IMG/VR virus record: IMGVR_UViG_2919730853_000001
Span: 1 to 62,284 of that record
Strand: one strand, 5' to 3'
From: a virus
Length of the DNA stretch: 62,284 nt
Positions 42,479 through 49,915 of the stretch are shown piece by piece. The position numbers and the translations under genes were made by a program. The first letter of the stretch is position 1, and each line of letters opens with the position of its first letter. Below the pieces are notes generated by a model. It worked only from the letters and a program-made list of their open reading frames with translations, was not told the DNA's origin and did not search any database.

Positions 42479-43012
42479 ATGTTAACTGTAATTGCAGGGG
42501 GCATGTTTGCTGAAAAAAGTACCGAACTTCAAAGACGTGGTAAACGATTAACCCGTGCTGGTAAAAATGTTGTCTATTTCAAACCTGAATTTGATAACCG
42601 ATACAGTGAAACGGAAATCGTAACCCACGATGGACAGAAGGTAAAAGCCGGTAACGTTCCGACTGATACACCGGAAACTATTTTCATGGCACTACCTAAA
42701 TTTACAGACGTGATTTTAATTGATGAAATTCAATTCTTTAACGCTGGAATTATTGCAGTAATTAATCATCTTTTGAAGGATGGCTATTCTGTAATTGTTG
42801 CTGGACTAGATATGGATTCAGATGCAAAACCGTTTGATGTTACAGCTACTTTGATGGCACTTGCGGAAGAGGTTGTAAAACTGAAAGCCGTTTGTAGTAG
42901 ATGCGGTGACGATGCTTGGGTTACATACAACGATAACAAAATCAATCGTATTGAACTTGGCACGGATGAATACACACCGATGTGTAGATATTGCTACGAC
43001 ACTATAAATTAA
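42479..43012 (+). CDS. tdk: Thymidine kinase
   Basis: GGMFAEKSTEL P-loop, IDEIQFF, CSRCG..., YTPMCRYCY zinc ribbon. Confidence 0.85.
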   Translation: MLTVIAGGMFAEKSTELQRRGKRLTRAGKNVVYFKPEFDNRYSETEIVTHDGQKVKAGNVPTDTPETIFMALPKFTDVILIDEIQFFNAGIIAVINHLLKDGYSVIVAGLDMDSDAKPFDVTATLMALAEEVVKLKAVCSRCGDDAWVTYNDNKINRIELGTDEYTPMCRYCYDTIN

Positions 43013-43025
43013 TGGGGGATTTTGA

Positions 43026-43223
43026 ATGGCACAAAATTATATTTCATTAGAGGATTTAGACACTTTAATCGTTAAATTAGACGAACTTTTTCCTTTACCA
43101 GTAGAGGCAGCAAAGGAAGAAAAAGTATTCAAATGTGAACTTGAAGGTATGAAGTTTGAAGGTACACCAAGTCAGTTTGAAGCATTCATGAAAACATTAA
43201 CTATTTATATGAAAAAGTTTTAA
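43026..43223 (+). CDS. Hypothetical protein (65 aa)
   Basis: ORF with an RBS. Confidence 0.5.
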   Translation: MAQNYISLEDLDTLIVKLDELFPLPVEAAKEEKVFKCELEGMKFEGTPSQFEAFMKTLTIYMKKF

Positions 43224-43241
43224 GGGAGTGGGGAGGTAGAA

Positions 43242-44129
43242 ATGAAAGTGATTACTGTTGCTGGAATGATTAGTGCAGGGAAAAGCACATTAACTGAGTT
43301 GATAAGTGAGAAGTATAACTCTTTAGCTAAGTATGAACAGATTCCTGAAATCTTAGCTAAATGGTACGGTGATGCACGGGTTGTGACGGATGGTGAACGT
43401 ATTCCATTCTTAACTCAACTAACATTCTTAAATAGCCGTATGAATATGCTACGTTCTTGCATGACTGATAAAAGAAGTGGCTTTGCAGTTTTAGACAGAA
43501 GTATCTACGAGGATAAATTGTTCGCCCAAATTGCTTGGGAAGATGGAGGCATTAGTGACGCTGAGTGGGAAGTTTACTGTAGCTTACTAGATACAATGTG
43601 GGCTGAACTAGATATGATTCCTAAAAAAGCACCTGACTTAACTATCTATATTCGTATCAGTTTTGAAACGTTTATGGAACGTCTTATTAAACGTGGTCGA
43701 GATATTGAAGTTAATAACCTTGAAGCAAATAAGGATTACTTCTATAAACTATGGTCTCGTTATGACGATTTTATGTTTAACCAATATACTCAATCAAGAG
43801 TACTAGTTATTAATGGGGATGAACTTGACTTTGTTGAAAGTCTTGAAGATAGAGAAGTAGTCTTAAATATGATTCACGAAGCTTTAATGGAAGAAGGAGT
43901 TATTGAAGCACCTAAAACAAAGGCTTTTCCTTCATGGGCTGTTGGGAAGAAAGTTCTTGTTAAAGCTTCATGGTACTTAGAACAAGGATTCAAAGAGGGT
44001 ACGGTTGTTGAGGTTTTTCGTTCTCATGACGGGCAATGGATTCTTAATTGTAAAGTCGAAGGGCGTACAAATCAAATCACTTTATGTGGTGAAGAACAGT
44101 ATCAACTATTAGAGAAATTCCCTAACTAA
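43242..44129 (+). CDS. Deoxynucleoside kinase (dCK/dGK family) with an extra C-terminal domain of about 80 aa
   Basis: VAGMISAGKSTL P-loop, LDRSIYEDKLFA, LIKRGRDIE. Confidence 0.75.
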   Translation: MKVITVAGMISAGKSTLTELISEKYNSLAKYEQIPEILAKWYGDARVVTDGERIPFLTQLTFLNSRMNMLRSCMTDKRSGFAVLDRSIYEDKLFAQIAWEDGGISDAEWEVYCSLLDTMWAELDMIPKKAPDLTIYIRISFETFMERLIKRGRDIEVNNLEANKDYFYKLWSRYDDFMFNQYTQSRVLVINGDELDFVESLEDREVVLNMIHEALMEEGVIEAPKTKAFPSWAVGKKVLVKASWYLEQGFKEGTVVEVFRSHDGQWILNCKVEGRTNQITLCGEEQYQLLEKFPN

Positions 44130-44253
44130 TGTTAGTACCAGTATTGATAGTAGTACTATATGCAGTACTAGTAAGAAATTTATTCAAACGTTACGGGGCG
44201 TGACGTTAACCACGCCTACAAAAATAAAGTAAAACACGGGAGGAAATTATCAA

Positions 44254-44553
44254 ATGGATTTAGCACAATTTTTCAGCATGTTACAACTTATCGGTGGAGT
44301 TATCTTGTCAATCGGGTACATTCCTCAAATTATTAAAATGATTAAAACACGTTCGGTAGACGACTTTAGTAAAATTTATCTGGGTTCTATCTTCTTCGGT
44401 ATTGTATTAATGGAAATGTATGCTGTGTACATGTATCTTGTTTTAGGGATTCCTGAAATGCAATCATTCTTTATTACTAACACTGCTTCGACAATTCTTA
44501 GTGGTACGGAGTTCTGCTTGCTTATGGCTTACTCAACTAAAAACAAAAAATAA
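44254..44553 (+). CDS. PQ-loop / SemiSWEET-like 3-TM membrane protein
   Basis: 99 aa. LSIGYIPQIIKMIKTRSVDDFS is a PQ-loop motif. Three hydrophobic helices. Confidence 0.55.
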   Translation: MDLAQFFSMLQLIGGVILSIGYIPQIIKMIKTRSVDDFSKIYLGSIFFGIVLMEMYAVYMYLVLGIPEMQSFFITNTASTILSGTEFCLLMAYSTKNKK

Positions 44554-44567
44554 TATTAAAGGCAAAA

Positions 44568-44597
44568 GGCTGAGGATTTTTCCTCGGTCTTTTTTTT
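44568..44597 (+). terminator. Rho-independent terminator
   Basis: Stem GGCTGAGGA/TCCTCGGTC followed by a T8 run. Confidence 0.7.
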
Positions 44598-44605
44598 ATT
44601 TCATC

Positions 44606-44633
44606 TGTCCCAAAACAATACATAAGTGCAAGT
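44606..44633 (+). promoter_or_regulatory. Bipartite motif TGTCCC-N16-GCAAGT (copy 9)
   Basis: Exact motif. Confidence 0.55.
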
Positions 44634-44670
44634 GTAAACCTGAATCGACTAATTTAATGAGGTGTTAATC

Positions 44671-44883
44671 ATGAGAGAAGAAGTAGAAAATCCAATGGTA
44701 AAGTTCAATGCTAAAGACGTTATTCATAAAAGGGTAGGTGTTTCAAACTGCCATTATTGCGATATGCGTTTATTCGCTGATGAAAGATTCTTGTCATTCA
44801 ATGGCAATCATTTTTGCGACACAACTTGTCTCTTTGATAATTACGATATTGTGAAAATAAAAGGGAGTGAACTACTGGATTGA
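44671..44883 (+). CDS. Small Cys-rich (zinc-ribbon-like) protein
   Basis: RBS GAGGTG precedes the ATG at 44671. CHYC..(x)..FCDTTC. Confidence 0.5.
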   Translation: MREEVENPMVKFNAKDVIHKRVGVSNCHYCDMRLFADERFLSFNGNHFCDTTCLFDNYDIVKIKGSELLD

Positions 44884-45122
44884 AAAAACTTCTTTCATTC
44901 ATCTTAGTAGTATTTTTCTTTGCAATTATCTTAGCTTGCTTAGTGATCTACTATCTAGGAATTCCATATGCCTTCTATCTTGGATATACAAAACTGCATT
45001 ATGCGGTGTATTTATCTATATGGTTAGGTATTCATTTAATTAGAAGAATTATTCAAAACATCGTCTTAAAAAGACGTTTAAAACAATATGACCAAATTAA
45101 TAAAATCTTAGGAGGAAAATAA
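44880..45122 (+). CDS. Small membrane protein (80 aa)
   Basis: TTG start overlapping the upstream stop. Two hydrophobic helices. Confidence 0.5.
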   Translation: MKKLLSFILVVFFFAIILACLVIYYLGIPYAFYLGYTKLHYAVYLSIWLGIHLIRRIIQNIVLKRRLKQYDQINKILGGK

Positions 45123-45123
45123 T

Positions 45124-45483
45124 ATGCGTATCGTTTTTCAAGGTGCTGCTACACCACAACAAGTAGGAAAGGCTGTTCAAGAAATTTTGAACAACACATT
45201 AGAGAAGTTAGAAACAAAAGGAAAACGCCAACCTATTCAAAATGCTATTATCGAATTTACTCTAAACTTACAAGGGCACGAAGAACCTCAATTAATCGTA
45301 GTTGACGAAGGCACTAAAATGTTAACTATTCACACTGGAATTGAAAACGGTGAATTAACTGAATATGTTCCGGTTGACCGTACTGAGTTATTAGAGAAAT
45401 TTGACCGCATGGTTGAAGAGGGTAAGAAGGAAGAGGAAAAAGAAGACGACGTTATTGATGCTGAATTCACGGAGGTTGAATAA
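45124..45483 (+). CDS. Hypothetical protein with an acidic C-terminus
   Basis: 119-aa ORF with RBS AGGAGGAAA. Confidence 0.55.
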   Translation: MRIVFQGAATPQQVGKAVQEILNNTLEKLETKGKRQPIQNAIIEFTLNLQGHEEPQLIVVDEGTKMLTIHTGIENGELTEYVPVDRTELLEKFDRMVEEGKKEEEKEDDVIDAEFTEVE

Positions 45484-45633
45484 TTGCTTTTTCGTACACT
45501 TTCAGTAATTTTTATTATCGGTCTTTCATTATGTCTAGCAGTAGATATTATGCATAAAGACGCAATTCAAATCTGTATAGATGTATTCTTTCTATTATGG
45601 AATGGCTTATATTTAATTACAGATAAGAGTTAA
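45484..45633 (+). CDS. Small hydrophobic protein (49 aa)
   Basis: TTG start 7 nt after GGAGGT. Below the ORF-track cutoff. Confidence 0.4.
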   Translation: MLFRTLSVIFIIGLSLCLAVDIMHKDAIQICIDVFFLLWNGLYLITDKS

Positions 45634-45671
45634 AAAGAAACCCCCAAGCTTAAATGCCTGGGGGATTTTTT
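45632..45671. terminator. Bidirectional terminator between convergent genes
   Basis: Stem CCCCCA/TGGGGG flanked by an A-run and a T-run. Confidence 0.7.
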
Positions 45672-46086
45672 ATTGTTCTTTTTTAGTTTTTCTAGCTTCT
45701 CTTTCTTTCTCCAATATTGCCTTATTCTTTTCCATTCTTCTTTCCATATCTTGCGTCATTCCTAGCGATTCTTGTAAATGTCTTTCTGTCTTAAATTTAC
45801 GTCTAGTTTCCTCTTCCATTGTAAATCCATAGAGTTGTCTAATATCTGTAATTTTTAAAGCAGATGCAATAGCAGTTATATGTCCAACATTAATAGTCGA
45901 TTTTTTATGATTCATTATGAATGAAAGCGTAGATGTTCTTATTCCGGTAAGTAGGCTTAGTTCATCTAGTTTCAATCCTCTTTCCTCTAACAATTCAGCT
46001 AGTCTACATTCTAATCCAAAATCAGGATATTCCTGTAAAACATCACGTGTAGCACCATTAGTTTGTCCATTCAAAGTATGTGTCAT
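45670..46086 (-). CDS. XRE-family HTH transcriptional regulator (repressor-like)
   Basis: LAELLEERGLKLDELSLLTGIRTSTLSFIMN HTH. Lys/Glu-rich C-terminus. One of only three - strand genes. Confidence 0.75.
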   Translation of the reverse strand: MTHTLNGQTNGATRDVLQEYPDFGLECRLAELLEERGLKLDELSLLTGIRTSTLSFIMNHKKSTINVGHITAIASALKITDIRQLYGFTMEEETRRKFKTERHLQESLGMTQDMERRMEKNKAILEKEREARKTKKEQ

Positions 46087-46161
46087 TTTATTACCGCCTT
46101 ATAGTTAATTTCCTTACAGAACAAAATTATATACGCTATAGCGAAAAAAATCAACATTTTT

Positions 46162-46189
46162 TGTCCCAAAAGTTCACACATATGCAAGT
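46162..46189 (+). promoter_or_regulatory. Bipartite motif TGTCCC-N16-GCAAGT (copy 10)
   Basis: Exact motif in the divergent region between the XRE gene and 46231. Confidence 0.55.
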
Positions 46190-46230
46190 TACACACTGTA
46201 AGACAATGACAATCTAAAGAGGTGTAACTA

Positions 46231-46776
46231 ATGAAACAAATCAAAATCGCTGTAACAGGCGAAATAAGATCAGGCAAAGATACGGTGTGCGAATATATCA
46301 TGCGTAGGATTTACGACTGTGAAAAGCTTTATTTTGCTGAAGGTATTGAAAAAATTATTCGTGAGTTTTTCCCTGAAGCTTTTGCTAACGGAAAACCACG
46401 CAAACACTTTCAAGACATTGGAACATTTATGAGAACTATTAACGCTAATGTATGGGTTGAATATACAGCAAATAAATATTATCTCCACAATGAACTATCA
46501 TCACCTAACTTTATTTGTACTGACCTTCGACAACCTAATGAATATGAATGGTTAAAATCTGAAGGCTTTACAGTTATCAAAGTAGATGCAGATTTTGAAA
46601 TCAGAAAAGAACGTGCTTTAAAAGCTGGTGACAACTTCACTGAAGAGACATTTAATCATCCGGTGGAACAGGCTATTAGAAGTTTACCATATGACTACTT
46701 AATTACAAACAATACGACTTTAGAAGATTTATTCGAACAAGTTGATTATATATTACAGAAATTTGAGGGGAGTTGA
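46231..46776 (+). CDS. P-loop nucleotide kinase (dNMP kinase-like)
   Basis: IAVTGEIRSGKDTV P-loop. Size and downstream Arg/Asp pattern are typical of phage dNMP kinases. Confidence 0.55.
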   Translation: MKQIKIAVTGEIRSGKDTVCEYIMRRIYDCEKLYFAEGIEKIIREFFPEAFANGKPRKHFQDIGTFMRTINANVWVEYTANKYYLHNELSSPNFICTDLRQPNEYEWLKSEGFTVIKVDADFEIRKERALKAGDNFTEETFNHPVEQAIRSLPYDYLITNNTTLEDLFEQVDYILQKFEGS

Positions 46777-46783
46777 GTTTTTC

Positions 46784-47110
46784 ATGAACAAATATGAAAA
46801 CGCTTACAAATTAGAAACCGAGGCTGGTGTATCAGCTTTTTTAAATGATTATCACAAGATTGCAGAGGCACGATTTTATGCGAATGATTTAGCAATATCT
46901 GATATGCTGCTAGATTTTGAATTCGCAATGAGAAAGTGTCTAACAGAGAGACAAAGAGAGGTAGTGAAGCTTCGCTTCTTCAATGATCTACGACAGGTAG
47001 ACGTTGCCGATTTACTTAAATTGAATCAGCAAACTATTCAGGAACACATTCAGAAAGCAGTAAAAAACCTTGCATCTTATCACATGATTTTAAAGGCAAG
47101 AGGTGAGTAA
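46784..47110 (+). CDS. Sigma-70 region-4-type transcription regulator (ECF/RinA/ArpU-like)
   Basis: LTERQREVVKLRFFNDLRQVDVADLLKLNQQTIQEHIQKAVKNL. Confidence 0.6.
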   Translation: MNKYENAYKLETEAGVSAFLNDYHKIAEARFYANDLAISDMLLDFEFAMRKCLTERQREVVKLRFFNDLRQVDVADLLKLNQQTIQEHIQKAVKNLASYHMILKARGE

Positions 47111-47483
47111 GTTGAGTTTGAAATCACAATTTGAATCTGATGTAGAGTTACTTGTAAATACAAAAGAGTTGCTGCCATTAGAAATGCGTATTAAACAGGT
47201 GGAGGATTTAACAGAATGGTACTTCAAAATTGCTGGAAAGCATTATGAAGGAAGTTACTATTTAGATATGTTAGCTACATATATTTTAGCCGACACAATG
47301 AGAGATAAAGGAACTCATAAAGTACGCCATACTGAGTACCCTATTCTATCTCAATCACAACAAAAATTAAGAAATCGTAGGGAATCCCGTGTAGGTGATG
47401 ATAACCTAGATTTCATTAAATTAAGAGAAGTACACAATCATCCAAACGCATTTAAAACAGCGACGCAAAATAAGGAGGATTGA
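47103..47483 (+). CDS. Hypothetical protein (126 aa)
   Basis: ORF overlapping the upstream gene. Confidence 0.5.
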   Translation: MSKLSLKSQFESDVELLVNTKELLPLEMRIKQVEDLTEWYFKIAGKHYEGSYYLDMLATYILADTMRDKGTHKVRHTEYPILSQSQQKLRNRRESRVGDDNLDFIKLREVHNHPNAFKTATQNKED

Positions 47484-47485
47484 CA

Positions 47486-47563
47486 ATGGAGATATGGACT
47501 GCCTTATTTGCATTTGTACTATTCTTTGCATGGTTTATGAAACCTAGAGACGAGGACGAGTGA
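47486..47563 (+). CDS. 25-aa hydrophobic micropeptide
   Basis: Strong RBS TAAGGAGG lies 7 nt before the ATG. Sequence MEIWTALFAFVLFFAWFMKPRDEDE. Confidence 0.45.
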   Translation: MEIWTALFAFVLFFAWFMKPRDEDE

Positions 47564-47573
47564 GAAAATCACT

Positions 47574-47600
47574 TGTCCTTTTTTTCATTTTTTCGCAAGT
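47574..47600 (+). promoter_or_regulatory. Bipartite motif variant TGTCCT-N15-GCAAGT (copy 11)
   Basis: The spacer is one nt shorter than in the other ten copies. Confidence 0.4.
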
Positions 47601-47637
47601 ATACCAATGTAAAGATCATCACGAAGGGGGCTAGTTA

Positions 47638-47967
47638 TTGGATTATCTACTCTATATAAATCCTTGGATTAAGGGACTTAATTCTGATGAATATGTTTCT
47701 TATCTGAACAGGTTTTTAAAGCAACGTAAGAAACGGAGAATTGCTTATGCTTTATGCATTATTGGCGGTGGCTTGGGTTTTCATCGTTTTTATTTGGGGC
47801 GTTATGGCACTGGTCTGATGATGTTATTTTTAACTATCTTCACTTGTGGGATTGCGGCCCTTGCAGCACTATTTGATTTACAGAACATTGAAAGATACAT
47901 TCGAGAACATGACAACGAAATCAGTTTAAAAATCATAAAAGATATTAAAAGGAAAGAGGTATTATAA
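47638..47967 (+). CDS. TM2-domain membrane protein
   Basis: CIIGGGLGFHRFYLGRYGTGLMMLFLT. Confidence 0.65.
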   Translation: MDYLLYINPWIKGLNSDEYVSYLNRFLKQRKKRRIAYALCIIGGGLGFHRFYLGRYGTGLMMLFLTIFTCGIAALAALFDLQNIERYIREHDNEISLKIIKDIKRKEVL

Positions 47968-48396
47968 ATGGCAAAAATCTATTTAGCTTCACCGTTTTTT
48001 AATGAAAAGGAATTAGCACAGGTTGAGGAAGCAGAAGCACTTTTAAGAGACTTAGGACATACAGTTTTCAGTCCACGTGAAAACCAGTTACCAATGGTAG
48101 AATTCGGTTCATTTGAATGGAGAACTAATGTATTTAGAAATGATATTAAACACATCCATTGGGCTGATTATGTTTTTGGAATTATTGGTGATAACTACGA
48201 TGATACAGGAACAGCTATGGAACTAGGATATGCTTATGCAATTTCTAAACCTGTTTTGTTATTCAATCCTACAGGAAACATTATCAACTTAATGTTAACA
48301 GATAGCTTACACGCTTACTTCGAAGATTGGGGCGAGGTTGCTAGATATGATTTTGAAAACCTACCTATTCTTCCATATATGAAGGAGGTTAAATAA
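47968..48396 (+). CDS. Nucleoside 2-deoxyribosyltransferase
   Basis: KIYLASPFFNEKE and DTGTAMELGYA motifs. Confidence 0.75.
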   Translation: MAKIYLASPFFNEKELAQVEEAEALLRDLGHTVFSPRENQLPMVEFGSFEWRTNVFRNDIKHIHWADYVFGIIGDNYDDTGTAMELGYAYAISKPVLLFNPTGNIINLMLTDSLHAYFEDWGEVARYDFENLPILPYMKEVK

Positions 48397-48794
48397 TGGC
48401 TGAGAGACTTTACACATACGGTGAATTATTTATTCACGGAAAAGATAAAGAAGTTTACGAAGTTGCACATAGTCCATTAAGTAACTACGTTGGGAAACGT
48501 TTTGTAATTCGTGGTGCTATTCATGGGGGAAATACTTTAAAGCATGAAAGCATGTATGACAATGTTTCAGAAACGGCATTAGTTACACCTACTAGTGCTT
48601 TAACGGGTTCTAAATTTAAGAAGGTAGAAGCATATACAAAGATTACTCTATCAAATGCATTAGCACGAATTGAACGTGGCGACGAAGTTTATTTAGGTGC
48701 TGGAAAAACACGCATCGGACGTTATACCGATATTTCAGATACTTACATTGTAGACTTTGATGATTTATTCGAAGCAGATTTCTATATTAAGTAA
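48396..48794 (+). CDS. Hypothetical protein (132 aa)
   Basis: ORF translationally coupled to the upstream gene. Confidence 0.55.
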   Translation: MAERLYTYGELFIHGKDKEVYEVAHSPLSNYVGKRFVIRGAIHGGNTLKHESMYDNVSETALVTPTSALTGSKFKKVEAYTKITLSNALARIERGDEVYLGAGKTRIGRYTDISDTYIVDFDDLFEADFYIK

Positions 48795-48821
48795 CATTAC
48801 AATCATATTACAAAAGGAGTT

Positions 48822-49187
48822 TTGACCTGTAAAATGGGGGAGTTTTATAGAGTTATAGTTACAAGAGTTAAAGACGGGGATACGTTTGTAGGAACGCTTA
48901 TTATTCCCGTCCCTACTCTTCAAATGAAGATGCATTTAGAGGAACAGGTATTCAGGTTAAATACGGCAGATACACCGGAACTAAGTAAACACGAACCTTT
49001 GGCTGAAGAGGCTAGAGACTATACAATTGAACATCTTTTAGATAAAGAAATTCTAGTCCAGTTTTCTAAAAAAGACGCATTCGGTAGATGGTTAACAGAT
49101 GTTTATTTAGACGGAGATTTAAACAATCGATTTAATGATCTTTTACTGAAAGAAGGTTTAGCACACATCTATAAAAAGGGAGAGTAA
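48822..49187 (+). CDS. Thermonuclease (SNase)-like nuclease
   Basis: VKDGDTF, RLNTADTPE, DAFGRWLTDVY. The start is uncertain (TTG 48822 or ATG 48834). Confidence 0.65.
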   Translation: MTCKMGEFYRVIVTRVKDGDTFVGTLIIPVPTLQMKMHLEEQVFRLNTADTPELSKHEPLAEEARDYTIEHLLDKEILVQFSKKDAFGRWLTDVYLDGDLNNRFNDLLLKEGLAHIYKKGE

Positions 49188-49193
49188 TTTATA

Positions 49194-49823
49194 ATGATTA
49201 AAAAAGTAACGGCACTAGCATTAGCTGGTGCTTTTGCTTTAGTAGGTTTTTCATCTACTTCAGCATTCGCATATGAGGCAAAAAGTGGAGACACTATGAA
49301 TAAAATCGCCCAACAAAATAATATGAGTTTACAAGAGTTAGCAAAGTTAAATCCAAGTATTAAGGATTTAAACAGAATTTATGTGGGTCAGAATATCATC
49401 ACGAATCAAAATAACACTACACAGGCATCTACTATTAGTACTAATGTTACTACTAATACTAGTGTGAGTGCTTACGAGAAAGACTTATTAGCCCGTCTAG
49501 TACGTGCTGAAGCTGAATCAGAACCTTATGCTGGTAAGGTTGCGGTAGCTACGGTTGTTTTGAATCGTGTCGATAATTCTTCATTTCCTAACTCTATTTC
49601 AGCAGTAATTAATCAATCTGGTCAATTCTCACCAGTAAGTAACGGAGAGATTAATAAACCAGCAGATAGTGAGTCAATCCGTGCCGTGAATGAGGCTTTA
49701 ACTTTAAATCGTTCACAAGGGGCAGGAAGTCTATTTTTCTATAATCCTAAAACTAGTACTAGTAGATGGTTAGATTCAAGACCAACCACTATTACAATTG
49801 GGAATCACGTTTTTAAAAAGTAA
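49194..49823 (+). CDS. Secreted LysM-domain cell-wall hydrolase, SleB (Hydrolase_2)-like
   Basis: Signal peptide. LysM segment GDTMNKIAQQNNMSLQELAKLNP. LLARLVRAEAESEPYAGKVAVATVVLNRV..GQFSPV. Confidence 0.75.
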   Translation: MIKKVTALALAGAFALVGFSSTSAFAYEAKSGDTMNKIAQQNNMSLQELAKLNPSIKDLNRIYVGQNIITNQNNTTQASTISTNVTTNTSVSAYEKDLLARLVRAEAESEPYAGKVAVATVVLNRVDNSSFPNSISAVINQSGQFSPVSNGEINKPADSESIRAVNEALTLNRSQGAGSLFFYNPKTSTSRWLDSRPTTITIGNHVFKK

Positions 49824-49876
49824 GCATATACTATACCGAGAATATACCTAGTTAACCTGAATACCTTAATGACTGC

Positions 49877-49915
49877 AAAAAGGACACGGCATTTAGCCAT
49901 GTCCTCTTTTTTTTT
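49877..49915. terminator. Bidirectional terminator between convergent genes
   Basis: Stem AGGACA-GGC/GCC-TGTCCT with an A-run upstream and a T9 run downstream. Confidence 0.7.
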
